DNA of 63,720 nucleotides, the filler included, from Choristocarpus tenellus KU-1152 (taxonomy: Eukaryota; Protista; Phaeophyceae), in the NCBI GenBank assembly GCA_964200185.2. It is 11 parts of 11 records of this genome, joined end to end, with 100 filler letters (N's around TTAATTAATTAA, not from the genome) between each part and the next. Parts side by side here need not be neighbours in the genome. Positions count along the whole stretch, not along the records: positions 46,787 to 51,975 come from CAXNAD020011572.1; positions 52,076 to 55,966 come from CAXNAD020017325.1; positions 56,067 to 60,879 come from CAXNAD020012961.1; positions 60,980 to 63,720 come from CAXNAD020025146.1; 7 more parts are not named here. One strand, 5' to 3'. Each line of letters opens with the position of its first letter. The stretch's first letter is position 1. Positions 48,200-61,061 of this stretch are shown here, in pieces. The notes below the pieces were generated by a model. It made no database searches. It saw nothing but the letters and a program-made list of their open reading frames with translations, and was not told the origin of the DNA. The position numbers and the translations under genes are program-made.

Positions 48200-51100
48200 G
48201 GCTTAAGGAACAACTTCTGGCGGCCATAGTGTATCATATGCCAAGGATATACAGATTGAGACTGGCAAGTCGGGCTACCCAACATGAGGGTAATGGCAGC
48301 GAGGGGCGGGGAACAATTCACAATTTTCCCAAGACGAGGGTAATGGCAGCAATGAACTAGGAACAGTTATCAATTTGGCAAGGAGAACATACTACGTAGT
48401 ACCAGTCTTCAAATCCATAGCCAAAATACACTTCAACACTGCTTTGTATTCCCTAAAGGTACGGAAGGGTTGACATCCATTATCAAGATCAATTGTAACT
48501 GGATGGATGCAAGGGGAGGTGGGTACTGTTCCTCTATTGTGCTCCAGGATGGCGTTTTGTTACAAATGGCACGGAGTGGGATGCAGGATTACTCAAGACG
48601 TATTCAATCTCTGATACTGGCATCCTGGTCCTTCCCACCAGGAAAATGGGTGTGTCAGGTGGACTCTTGGAACTTATTGATACTAGGGTTTGTGGCTGTA
48701 TCCAACTACAGATGTTCTCATTAGGTGCTGTCTCGACGCATCCTCCTAGTAAAAGATAAGAGACTTTCTCAGGGAGTGAGTAGAATGGGAAAAGTGTGAT
48801 TGATGCATTCAGCAAGCAAACTCGCCTCAACTTGGACGGATGAGATCAAAGAATAGTGCAAAGCCTACGACACAAGGTATGCTCTATCAGGCTGGCCACC
48901 CTCGTGGTGCATAGCCCAACTTGGGACAAGGGGTGGAGATGAGTGTGTGAGGGTGGATCAAGTCCATTAATAGAGGAGATAGTCGAAGGCTGTTGAGGAC
49001 TGGGGTCAAGATGGGATAGGTTAAGGTGGAAATGGGTTGGGGAAGGGGGAGGTGAGGGTAGATCAATGTTGGAGCCAGGGTGAAGAACGGCAAGGGAGGG
49101 GGGAAAGGGGTGGGACGGAAGAAGGAAGAATGGAGAAGGATCAGTACCTGTCACAAAGATGGAAGGCGTTAGTGACCAGGGTTTGCTGGATGAGGTGGAG
49201 AATATGGACGAACGAAGGAAACAACAGATAGGTAAAAGGCGTTGGCAGGGTAAGGTCCAGAAGGGGCAGAGAGAAAAAAAGAACAACTAGATGTTACCAG
49301 AATGCTGCTAGAAATTACAGAGGACATGCAGATGTAGGAGTAGGATATAGATACGCCACCAGGGACTGTCAAGAAATGTATACATCCGCTGTGGAAAGGC
49401 ACCCTGGTTCAACGGAGACAGCCTAAGAAGGCAATGGAAAGAGCTGGAGAGAGACTAGGTGTAATACAGGCCGGGTCTCATTGGTGAGGGATAGGAAGGA
49501 GGAAGCGCAAAGACAGCTGTCACAAAGTGTGAGAGAGAGGTAGATAAATACATACTGAGGACGACAGTTTGAATGGTTTGTTCTAATGAAATAGGGGCGC
49601 GGTCAGTTTAGAGTCCATCGCATGCGCTCCCAGACATATTCAATTGGTGGAATAGGATAGGGGGATTAGTACGGCTGAGGTATAAACATAGCCTCTCGTG
49701 CTAACCACGGAAAGGGTTGAAACAAGCACAACATTGTCCTCTTTCCTCCCTCAAGTTGCCCTCCACGGGGAGAATTCCGTATCGTTTAGATTTGCTTGGT
49801 CTTTTGCACAAGTCTCAAAATAAGCTCATCAGTTCCTTGACAATTGTAGATCTGTGCAGTTGCGCCATTGAAGCTTACCTCCGAAGAGAGACAGACTTCA
49901 TCACCGAAGGTCATACGACCAAGCTTGTCAATTGCGACCACAGCCCTTTGGTTTCCCCTTATGGTGTATGCTCATGCAGCGTGACTGAGTGAAATTATCT
50001 TAAGAGGGTACAAGTTTTGCCCTGTTTGTCCGTAGGGGGCTTGGCTTCCCATGTTTTTTCTTAAAGACATTATCCTACTCCAAAATGTTTCGGAGTAGGT
50101 AAAATGTATACGTTGCGAAAAGGTGTGTCCGAACGAGAATATTGACACTTCCTAACAAACACGATAGCCAAAATTTCATCAAAATCACAACATTGGATTT
50201 TGACCCCAAATGGACGAGGCCCTACCCTCTAAGATATTTTGACTCGACTCTCAGTTGCAAGCAAGTTGGCGAGAGAGGCAATTCAAAGAGTCACCATTGA
50301 AGGCATGGGACGGAATGAAGAGTTGGTGGTTGTGAGTATTGTGGTCTAATTTCTGCGCAGCGAAAGCAAAGTCGGGCCTACTTGGCATCTTGGCCAAGGC
50401 TGCAAACACGATCTTGGAAGACTGAGAAGGCTCTGGTGCCATTGGCTAACCCCTTCTTTCAGCGGTATTAGGGCAAGGAGGACGTGGTGCGGGAACCGGT
50501 GTGGGATGGGAGTTTGTCAGAGACGCAGCGGCTGAACTACCAATAAGGCCTGGAACGGGGAGTAGGGAAACGAAACATTAGCTTACCAAGGGAGAGGGGG
50601 GGACTGATACATCGAGGGGGGCTACCACCTGCTCTCTTGTAGGACTTTGTGGCCGACCATATATATATAACGAAAATTCAAAAGCAATAGACAACACAAT
50701 ATTCAACCTTCTTTTCAAGTTTGGTTGGCTCTTCGAGACAGTGGTAAAACTGGTGAAGGTAGGCAAGATGAGGAAATAGTGAAATTGGTACGGTGGTTGG
50801 AGGAGTTGGTTGGGGATGGTTTGAGTACCCTTTTTTCTCCGCGCTGTTGATGAATGTTCCATGAGTGTAGGGTCTTGGTGTTTGCATTGAGAACTAGGGA
50901 GCAAGGTATGTTAGTGAGAGGGGCACCAGCAAAGGTAGTTGGTGTCGTGGTCGCTGCAGGTGGAAGGATGTTTCCTTTTGCTATATTTCTCTCTTTCGCT
51001 TTTCTCTCTATTTTAGTCTTCCTAGCCTTCATGTTCCTTCCAAAGGCTATAACAATGGTCAGTTGGACGGATCAACTTCCATATTTTTCTTCGCTGTTGA

Positions 51101-51400
51101 TGACCAAACATGGGGACAGTGTCTTGGTGCTTCCATTGCAAAGCAAGGAGCAAGGTCCGTCAATGGTGTGGCAATGGTAGTGGCAATATCTGGGACCTTG
51201 GTCTCCAGAGGTGGAGGACTTTGGCATCTTCTCTTCTCTTCTACTATTCTTAGCCTCTTTATTCCTTCCAATAGCGACAGCATCCATGCCTTGCCTTGCT
51301 CTTTTTTTCCAGTTCAGTCTTCTTCAGTCACTTTACTCTTTTCGAGGACCATAAGATAGCATGTTTTCTATTATTTTGTGGCCTTTTCACTGTAGTATTG
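48200..51400 (-). mobile_element. Highly degenerate non-LTR (LINE-like) retrotransposon relic
   Basis: Pro/Lys-rich gag-like fragments (50250-51290), a decayed Cys/His knuckle near 49690-49740, then broken ORF2-like fragments. No intact diagnostic RT motif was seen. Confidence 0.4.
49987..50245. mobile_element. MITE family A, full copy inserted in the LINE-like relic
   Basis: Both TIRs present; GACT/GACT duplication. Confidence 0.9.
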
Positions 51401-52075
51401 CTTGGTCAGTTGAGTCTTGATTGGGTGTTGTATATATCGGGTCGGTGTCCATCCAGTAGTATCCATCTTCTCTGGCGATATTTATAGGGGGAAAGCGGGG
51501 GGAGGGAGATAGAGCAGCATATGATATTCACCAGAAGTACGAGATTGAAACACCATGTGTGGATGGTAAGATAGAGGACAAATGGAGTAGAGAATGAAGA
51601 TCAAGACATGGTATTGTGTGAGGCTTTTGAAGCAGTAGATGCCACGATTGTAGGACTCATCCTTACATATCACTCTCAGTACAAACGTACCAATCGTTAA
51701 GGTTTGGAGGTAGGAATCGAAAAAAAAAGGATGGAAGGAGCAGGAAAGGGGTGGAGGGGTAGGTTGTACTAAGCTACATCAGAGAGAGGGCTTGGCTCAC
51801 TGCCAGATACTATTATTAGACAAGCGCGCTGCAAGGGATCCGCATTATTTATTGTCGAAGTTGATAGCCTTGGGGAACGGAGATATCCGTCTGGTCTTGA
51901 ACAACAGGAAGAATTACTGTCCCGCAAATGCTCTGGTTCTAGGCCTAGAGACACAAAGTATCTGGGAGGGGGGGGNNNNNNNNNNNNNNNNNNNNNNNNN
52001 NNNNNNNNNNNNNNNNNNNTTAATTAATTAANNNNNNNNNNNNNNNNNNNNNNNNNNNNNNNNNNNNNNNNNNNN

Positions 52076-52235
52076 TTTAGGAGTAGGTAAAATGTATACG
52101 TTATGAAAAGGTGTGTCCGGAACATGGATATTGACACTTCCTTACAAACACGATAGCCAAAATTACATCTAAATCGCAACATTGGATTTTGGTCCCCAAA
52201 TGGACGCGGTTCTACCCTCTAAGATGCTTTGGCTC
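52076..52235. mobile_element. MITE family A, truncated at contig start (a further end fragment lies at 56067-56110)
   Basis: Ends in TACCCTCTAAGATGCTTTGGCTC. Confidence 0.88.
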
Positions 52236-53009
52236 TGGACCATTACACAGCCCCATCCACCAACTAAAGATCTTGCAGCATTGCTGTTGAAGTGGATGTA
52301 ATTGTTTAGTGTAGAAAATCGATTGTGAAGAGGTGTTGAAGGATGTTGCAAGTGGGACAGATAAAAACTCAAGACCATCATCACAATAACTTTGTCCAAG
52401 GTGGGAGTAGATACATGCTCAACAGAATTCCAGAGTATCAGATGGAGACCAGACCACAATCCTATCCCAGTCCTTGTGATTGCACTGATACAAGTGTGAA
52501 TCCTTCACCTCCCATCACCGTTGGTTTTGACACAATAAAAAGTCTAATGAAGTGAGGTCCTTACCCTCACATGCAGGTAGATCTTCAACAATACCCTCAC
52601 AGTACCCCTTTTTAGTCAGAGGAAGGTTGAAAGGTAACCTTTGTCAGGATGATTGCCCTCGGATTCCACACCATTGCAGTTGGAGAGGGGAATATGTGAC
52701 CACACACTGGGAGTAGTGAGCACAAACCAAGTAAGAAGAAGTGCCAGACTGACAACAAAGGTTGATCGCTGAGGGAGCTGAATGTAAACCAAGTCAAAAA
52801 TATCCCTGAGGGATAATTGCCTGTCCAACATAGGTCTTCCGGAAATCTGAAAGGATAGCACAGTCTACAGTGGTGCAATTTAGGGTGCGACAACAGCCAC
52901 TAGCTAGCACCTCACTGGGGACTATGGGAAACGACTTACAGTGGTAAGATAGTCATAGCTATATCACTAGACGTAAAAATTTGGATATTTGTGATCTTAT
53001 CAGATACAC

Positions 53010-53188
53010 GACCCAAAGTATCTGGGGGGGGGGGGGCTGTCTACACCAGGGTGCCCATATGGGTCAAAACCAGGAAAAGTGCACTTTCATTATCCATCCG
53101 ACGTGTGCAACCAAATTACCCAAAAAATGCGACATGAAAAATTTGCCCCCACATGGACAGCCGCCACCCCCCCCAGATACTTTGGGTC
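53010..53188. mobile_element. MITE family B, complete 179-bp copy
   Basis: Perfect TIR GACCCAAAGTATCTGGGGGGGG / CCCCCCCCAGATACTTTGGGTC; flanks ACAC/GCAC. Partial copies occur at 9715-9736, 22908-22971, 32198-32382, 37459-37483, 46618-46686 and 51950-51975. Confidence 0.88.
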
Positions 53189-56100
53189 GCACCCTCCTTA
53201 CCTTCCACTTGTGGTACCAACATGTCTTCATGATTCGTGCCAGGGCGTTGCGTTTAATGCCTTCATTAGTTTAGAATACCTGTAGTAACTTTAAAGATTG
53301 AAGAAGTTACTTACAAATCTCACAGTGAAGTTACACATGCCCGTTTGGCTAGGTCATGTCCTTCTGTATAGAGGGAGGGACAGACCCTACTCGGCAAAGT
53401 CCTACCCTGCTGCACGGGCACATTCTTCCTCTAGGCCTCTCCTTATGGTGCTGCCAAAGGAGTATAGTTGCTAACTGGTGGAGCTTTCCCTCCCCCCCCC
53501 TCCCCCCCCCCAGTGCAACCCTCCCTAGTCACCCAGGAATAGCTATCTCTGTGTGAAAGGTTCTTAGTTCCCAATAATTGTTGTGGAAGGTCTGTAGTAG
53601 CCATTACATGGGATTACAAAGTGTAGCAGTATTAAACCTAACCTTAAGTACACCCTGGTCCGTTGTGGTGCAATCAGATAGATTAGATATGCCCAAGGCG
53701 AGCATCCTTGGTTGCTCTATTGCAGTGATGTTCCCGCAGTCTGTCTTGATGGAAGACATGCAGTTGCTCACTGTGGTCTGAGTGGGAGATGTCAGGATGG
53801 GATGCACAAATTTGTTGTTGCAAATGACATAAAACAAAAGTACTCAACAGAATTGACGGAACATCATTGTCTGAGTGTGTGAAATTCTGCAGACTAAGTA
53901 GTACAGCATTATTGTAAAGAAACGATATGAAGCAACTGAAGGAAGAAGCATACAAGAGTATACTGGCGCAGGCGGCGTAAAGGAGAGAAATCAAAAGGGT
54001 CATCACAACATCCCTGCATGAGGCGTAGGTGTGAACAGACCAACATAAATGAAGCACAGATCACACACCCACCACAGTTTATCTGGTTGTGTTGGAACGA
54101 AGAGCGCAGAGTGTGGATCCCGAACCTCCTATCACAAGTGTTCTTGACGCGGTGGAAGGTTCAATGAAGTGATACACTTACATCCATGCTCCCACATAGA
54201 TTTTCAAGGTCAACCTGCCGTTGTCTATCTTGAGTTGCACGAAGAAGTTTGCGAATGTAGTTGTTACGGTGTGTCTAAAAATTCAACACCGTCACTAGTG
54301 CAAACAGAGTCGTCAACAGCACTAGAATGCAAATGAAGATTGTTAGCTGAGCGTACTCAATTCAAAACAAGCCAAGTATCCCTAAGGGATCCCAGTCTGA
54401 CGAGTGTGTTGCATTAGATCCAAGAAAAATCCAAATGTACCCAACGATCGATGGAAGGGTGAGGGGCTTCTGGAAATCCTGGGATTTGAAGATATTGTAA
54501 ACTCACAACCATGAATTTTAGGGTTTTACAACAGCTACTACTCAGTCACTACCACCTTACCAAGTAATAACATATCACGATCTTCGCCTTTTCCTTCAAT
54601 CCTGACCGTGTTCGGGAGCAATTCTCATTGCACTATTTATCACACTAACTATTGTTATTGCAACCCAACAAATTGTCTGCGCTTATCACTCGCTTCTCTT
54701 ACGACAGGTTCAGCCATTTTGTTCGTCGCTCCTAGTTCCTCTCTTGAATTTCATGCAGCACTTGTAACTACTTCCGCTTGGCGTCTTTCCGCAGTGAAAT
54801 CTTTGAATCTCTTTTCGGGTTTCATTTGTTTTTGAGTGGTTTGACGACACATTGGATAGAAAGTGGAGAGATACAGTGGAGAGATACAGAGTGAAGAATA
54901 ACGTAGACGGTCTTCGTAACTCCGTGGTTCAGGAAGCTCTGTCTTACATGAACTTTGGGTATTCAAACCCTATCGACCCCAGGCTCCTTTCTATTTAAGT
55001 TTGGTTTCAATGATTCCAAGTCCGAGTCACAAACACTACCACTTACCGAGTCGCTCTACTGTCCACACTCTAAACTCTAGGGATCTAATTATTTTAAAGT
55101 GGAGGTGATCGTGTTTTGTGTTGTGGTGTGTTTTTTCTATTTTATTTTTCCTCTCCCATATTTTACCTCTGTGTTCGAGCGTCTCACTCTCTATCCCAGA
55201 TTTGTATCATAAGGGATGAAGAAAACTCGATCCTGACCCTGTACATCATACACGGAACCGCGTCCCCGATGGTCTCTTGGACAGGAAGTCGCCTCTCGGC
55301 GCTGTCCCTGTACAGGAAAATTGGGAGTGATGGGTGGCTCCCCACTCGTGGTGTGTTCAGTAGAGAACACATCCCTTTTCTCATCCTCTACGCCTGGACG
55401 CTGCAGAAGGTCGGTTAATACGTCCTCCATCATCCTAGTTAGTGATGTTGATGTCAGGTTCGTTATATTGTACCTTGAGTGTACGTTGTAAATCTAGCTG
55501 ATTCAACAATGCATAGATTATTCGTTCAGTGGTTCATGGCATTTTCTGTCGGTCGTCATCGTTAGGAGAATAAACAACCCATGAACAGCTGTTATAATTG
55601 AGTTGTGGTCAGGGCAAGATTGAAAGGCTGCTGCCTTCGGAAGGAAAGTGCCTCTCTACGTCGTCTGTGTCTGATTTATCCTATCTTCAAAGAGAACACC
55701 TTTTTGTTGGGCGATGTGCAACGAATACGATCAAGATGATTACATTTTTGTGTGGTCAAAGGAGAGGACTAGGTTGCTTCTCCAGCTCTTAAATATCACC
55801 ACAGCCTCATCGTTTTTGATATTGGCTAGATATGTGTCATTTTTTTTGCCCTTGACTCCTTCGGATAACGATTATCCCATTAAGGAGGGTTAGAGAGGGT
55901 ACGTAGCGCTCACTAATCCCCAATCATTTGCTGACCAGGCCTGCAGGGGCCGTATATCCCAACCTGNNNNNNNNNNNNNNNNNNNNNNNNNNNNNNNNNN
56001 NNNNNNNNNNTTAATTAATTAANNNNNNNNNNNNNNNNNNNNNNNNNNNNNNNNNNNNNNNNNNNNGCCCCCAAATGGACGCGACCCTACCCTCTAAGAT

Positions 56101-56623
56101 ACTTTGGCTCAGCTGACCCATCTTAAAAAAAGTATTTTGAACTACTAGCTGTAGAACTTCTACACCATGCCTCATTCTTGAAATTTTGTTTCTCCACATT
56201 GTAAGTAACTATCACTTGCACCTACTTTGGCTTTCCGAGTACTTCCATCATTTTCTTGGCTGTCGCCACGTATCCACAATCCCAACAATATACAAACCAT
56301 ATCTCGTAACCCTACCCCTAACCATAGCACTACCAACAAACCTAAACCTGACAATAGTCACAACCCTAATCTGCCACCATTCATCCACAATCCTGATACC
56401 ACTCTCCCATCTCCTCTCATCCTCCTCAATCTAAATTTGGTCATAAACATAGTATTGACATCCGCTGGTATACTAAATAGGGACCATCACACATGCAACA
56501 CATATTGAGAGTATCGACACAATCACAAAAACTACTCACCAATACCATCGGTATTTGATGCTCTTCTTGGCAACAATTGTCCTCAATGTTGGCGTATCTT
56601 GATTGGCGTACAGTAACAGCACA

Positions 56624-56881
56624 GAGTGAAAGTATCTTTGAGGGTACGAGTTTTGCCCTGTTTGCCCATTCGGGGCTTGCTTTCCCATGTTTTTTTTAAT
56701 GACATTTTCCTACTCCAAAATATTTCGAGTAGGTAAAATGTGTATGTTATGAAAAGGTGTGTCCAGAACAAGGATGTTGACACTTTCTAACAAATGCGAT
56801 AGCCAGAACTACATCAAAATCGCAACATTGAATTGCACCCCCCAAATGGACGCGGCTCTACCCTCTAAGATACTTTGGCCC
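56624..56881. mobile_element. MITE family A, full 258-bp copy
   Basis: Both TIRs present; ACA/ACA duplication. Confidence 0.92.
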
Positions 56882-57289
56882 ACAAATAATCCAAGGCACA
56901 ATGGGCACCTCTGATACTAGGCACTAGGCGTAATATATTTTCTTAGACTTGTCAAAAACAATGTATGTGTCAACCAGAACAACAATTGTAATGATAAAAA
57001 CGATAATAATATTGTTCAAAAAAATATATATATACCTTACAATCTAGGGTTTGGACATGGTATGAAGGTTAAGCATCTGCACAAATAGAATAGACTCTAT
57101 GTCGGATTGAAACAATATAACATTGTTTCCTTGCTACCTCTCTTCACCGTCAATGTTATCTTGAAGGGTATTTTGCAATCATTTGAGTGCCTTCTACATC
57201 AATTTCTAGCTATCACCTATGCCAATACCATTGCCACTAGACTCACCAACTCCTATTCTACTGAACCACAAAAATAGTTATCACTCCAG

Positions 57290-60200
57290 AACGAGTTCAA
57301 GTGGGAGCTTGAGACCGTCATATATATTGGAGAGAATACCAACTCGTTCCTCTGGGAAGTCCCTCCTATAGAACTCGGAGCTGGTTACTACCTGCAACTG
57401 GAGGCATACGGAGCTACGGATATGCGCCAAAGTGGAAGCAACGAAAGCAGTGTGATGACCCAACCAAATATCCTAGGGGGTTTGAATGAAATCGCCTTCC
57501 AATCACTGGGGAAGGGGGTGCGGACACGACCCTTCACTATTGCCCCTGTTCAGCCATATGTAAGTGGTGAATATAGGGACTAGGTGGGAGTCGAGATGCA
57601 GTAAGACTGCTAGGCTTAGCCATCTGTTTATTTATTTTTTTTATACCCTCAACTACACTACCATGTGGTAGAGGATATACATTTTTCCAACATTCTCCAT
57701 ACCTTTTACAATTTCTGTTTCTCTAATATTGATTATATAGTTTGTCTCACTTCCATTCCCTAAACACTAACGAATCCCCCCTACCGATCATTTCTTTCCC
57801 AACCACTTCTACTGCAACTCCAAAATACTGCATCTCAACACTTGATGTTTTTGCATAGGTTGGCCTGGACTACATATTTGATAACCAGCCAGGTCAGCAG
57901 TGGATCAAGGGCTATGATGTCATTGTTAACTTTGAAAGTAACGCCAAGGATCTCGATGGGACCCCCTTGCCCATAAAGGTGTTTAGAGCTCTTTTTGAGG
58001 TGTTTGCATGTATTTCACACATCATTCATGTTGCGTCGACTCCCTGGTCCCCTCCCAAGACAAAATAGAGAGGTCACCCTATCCCTGCAACTTTGACCAT
58101 TGCACATAATCCTGGAAGCAGTTGCAGCATTAAATAGAAGACTATAGTATGTTGACAAATTTCTGACTCCCTAATGTACTGGAAATAGGTTCCTATCATC
58201 TCACGCCACATAATTTGATACTATTGAAGCTGATGATCTGACATACAGGTGGATTTGAATCCTGAAATTATGAGTTCATTTTGTGTTGATGTACTTCACA
58301 TTCAATGGACAGGGTGTCACCGTTCACCGGCTCCAGTTGGTATTCGATTAAAGTCTTCAAATTAGGCCATTCACCATTTCAGGAGCAATGTTTTGCTGAG
58401 AGTTCTCTTATCTGAAAATATCCTGTTATCGTTCATCAAATACAATAGCACTCCTCTTTTGGCCCCTTTCTATTCTGTCTTGCGTTCCATCTTTCCCTTG
58501 AACCATGATTTGCAGCTAAGATACTAGTAGAATTCATACATCATACACTCTCTCCCTTTTCCTTGCATCCACCCATTGGGTTTTATACAAAGTTTGAGCT
58601 GATGAAAGGGCTTCATCCAGTGTGGACATTTAACGGCCGTCCATCTACCGGCCCATACCACGAGAAGCTCCCCCTCCTTGATCCGCCTGATGGACAATAC
58701 CATTTGCGAGCCACAGCCATGTACCACCATCAGGCCTACGCTCTCTCTCCAGTCTTTGAGGTTAGAGTTTGAGTGTCGTCTCAATATTTGCTGCAACACT
58801 GCAACTAGTTCCTTGTTGCTCTTCAGTCAAACAATAATTTCACCATGGGACAACATTTCCCACTGCTCCTGTTCAACCTTTTGTGGCCATGGCAAACAAG
58901 GGCGACAGTACTATACTGAGGGAGCATAGGTCAGGAGGATGGTCTGTGTATCAACACAGTTGATTTTATAGTAGTTGCCAGGTAGGTAGTTACAGAGTTT
59001 AATAAGGAGCAGAAGGTCTTAAGCTGTAGCTATGTAGTGACGCAAAATAAATGAGAGATACCCAGTGTTGCATTTTATGGATGCTGACAAATATGAGCAA
59101 ATTTTTCTCCTTTTACAAATATTCATAGGATGTTTTCTTAATTCTGAAAAAAATTGACATTTTCTTAATTCCACTAACCATATCCTGATCAGGTAACCAG
59201 CTATGTATCAGAGGAATGGGGAGGTGGGGAGAGCACCCTGAAGATCTCAACTCAGCTGGGAGGAGTTACACTGCAGGCAGGAAAGGCATATGAGATCTTG
59301 TGGGAGAGTACCTTCATTGGTAGAGTCAAGGTACTATTTCACGCCCTTGCAGCCCATCTCCATGAGAGTGTTTCAAGTCCTTTGAGTGGGTGGACGTATC
59401 AAGTAGCTCTATCTAAAAAATATACTGAGTGTCCTATTCATGTCTGATTAGATTGGTTTAAAGGTCCAAGATTAAGGTGAGAGGAAGGAGAAGATGTTTC
59501 AGCCTTCGAGAATAGGATGAGAAGCGATGTAAATATATTCATCGTGTGATGAATGGAAAAGAAAAAAATGCATGCATACGAAAGAAGCAATGGCAACACG
59601 CAGAATAGACAATATATGATGGCTATGGATGTGCCTACACTCAACTCTCACATTTTTTTTCATTTCCTCAACCGCAATTCAATTGGACAAAGCTGTGGCT
59701 GACTGATAAGGCAACGGCAGAGGTATATCCCCTGAAGAGTGGCGAAGAGGTTCCAAACACCGGCAATTTCTGGTTGCAACCTCCCCTTCCCACAGATGAG
59801 GCAAGTTGGTGTAACTTTATACCTCACTCCTGGCAGCATTTCCAATGTTCGAGAATTTTGATTTCCAATATTGATACACCTACAGAATTGTTGACATCAG
59901 AGAAAGATATTTCTACCGTTTCACATGCTAGCCAATTGCCATCTCCTCTTGATAAAGAATACACAAATATTATCTGTCTGCACATTTTTTTGTATGCTTT
60001 GTTCAACACAAGCGAATACCCACTTTGCTTGGCCCCCCTTGCCACCTATTGCAGTTGCAATGGACACAATCTGCTTGTAGCAAGAATTAATCTTGGCAAA
60101 AAATATTCAACAAGAATAATTCTTACATAAATATGTCTTGGTTCTTGTAGCAAGAATTATTCTCGAAATTCGAAAAAGAGCACCAAGACACATTTTTTGC

Positions 60201-60421
60201 CTATCCTCACATCTGATCAATGTGCTACTGTGCCTTATATTCCCGCTCTTTAGAATTCGTGTCAGGAGACCCTGTGTTGTTTCACACTGACCGTTTCAGA
60301 CAGTCGCACCTTGGGTATCTCAGATACTACGGGAACATTCTGTGTAGAAGTAGGGGCAGGGACTCCAATGGTCAACGTTGTTGAATCACCAAAGCTGTGG
60401 GTGAAGGGGACAACCGAAGAG
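57290..60421 (+). CDS. Partial gene for a protein with repeated Ig-like beta-sandwich units (resembles Kre9/KNH-N / Ser-Thr-rich GPI-anchored family), 6 phase-0 exons
   Basis: Exons 57290-57559, 57859-57978, 58593-58760, 59193-59330, 59693-59800 (GC donor) and 60266-60421. All are multiples of 3 and stop-free. Recurring pattern: GENTNSFLWEVP..GAGYYLQL / DGQYHLRA..YALSPVFEV / LQAGKAYEILWES..VKLWL..VPNTGNFWLQPP..FTLTVSD..ISDTTGTFCV. The family assignment is inference. Confidence 0.75.
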
Positions 60422-61061
60422 GTGGGTGCAGTGGAAAGGAGTGGGCATTGGACAGGTGGTTGAAAGGGGAACTGTAGAGTATAGGATACACCAATATTCA
60501 AGATGCTCAAGGTAGGTGAAATCACACGACATAACAACTGGTGGGTGAGACTCTAGGCAATTGGTGGAAGCATAAACGTTACTATGGTTCTGTTGACAGA
60601 CTCGTTTAGAATCCAGTGATATAGAACACAATACATGAAACATAACTAGTTTCCAGCTCTGGTGGTAAGATAAATTGATGATAGGCACAAGGCACTTGCT
60701 GTGAGGTGTGTGGCTCAGAGACATTGAGCATCACAAGGATGCTCAAAGGCAATAGAGTGCTAAACAAAAACATAGGGTTTTAGAATGGAGTGGGAATAAG
60801 AGAAAAAATAGTACATGATTGAGGTGTGTACTATCTGATGTGACAACTCCCACTATTGATACTCCCCACCCCCCTCCCCNNNNNNNNNNNNNNNNNNNNN
60901 NNNNNNNNNNNNNNNNNNNNNNNTTAATTAATTAANNNNNNNNNNNNNNNNNNNNNNNNNNNNNNNNNNNNNNNNNNNNCCCCCAGAGAGAGGCGAGCGA
61001 CGAGAGCAGTCCACAGTACCCCCACGTTTGCTTTGATCTCCACGACACAAGACATGCTCAC

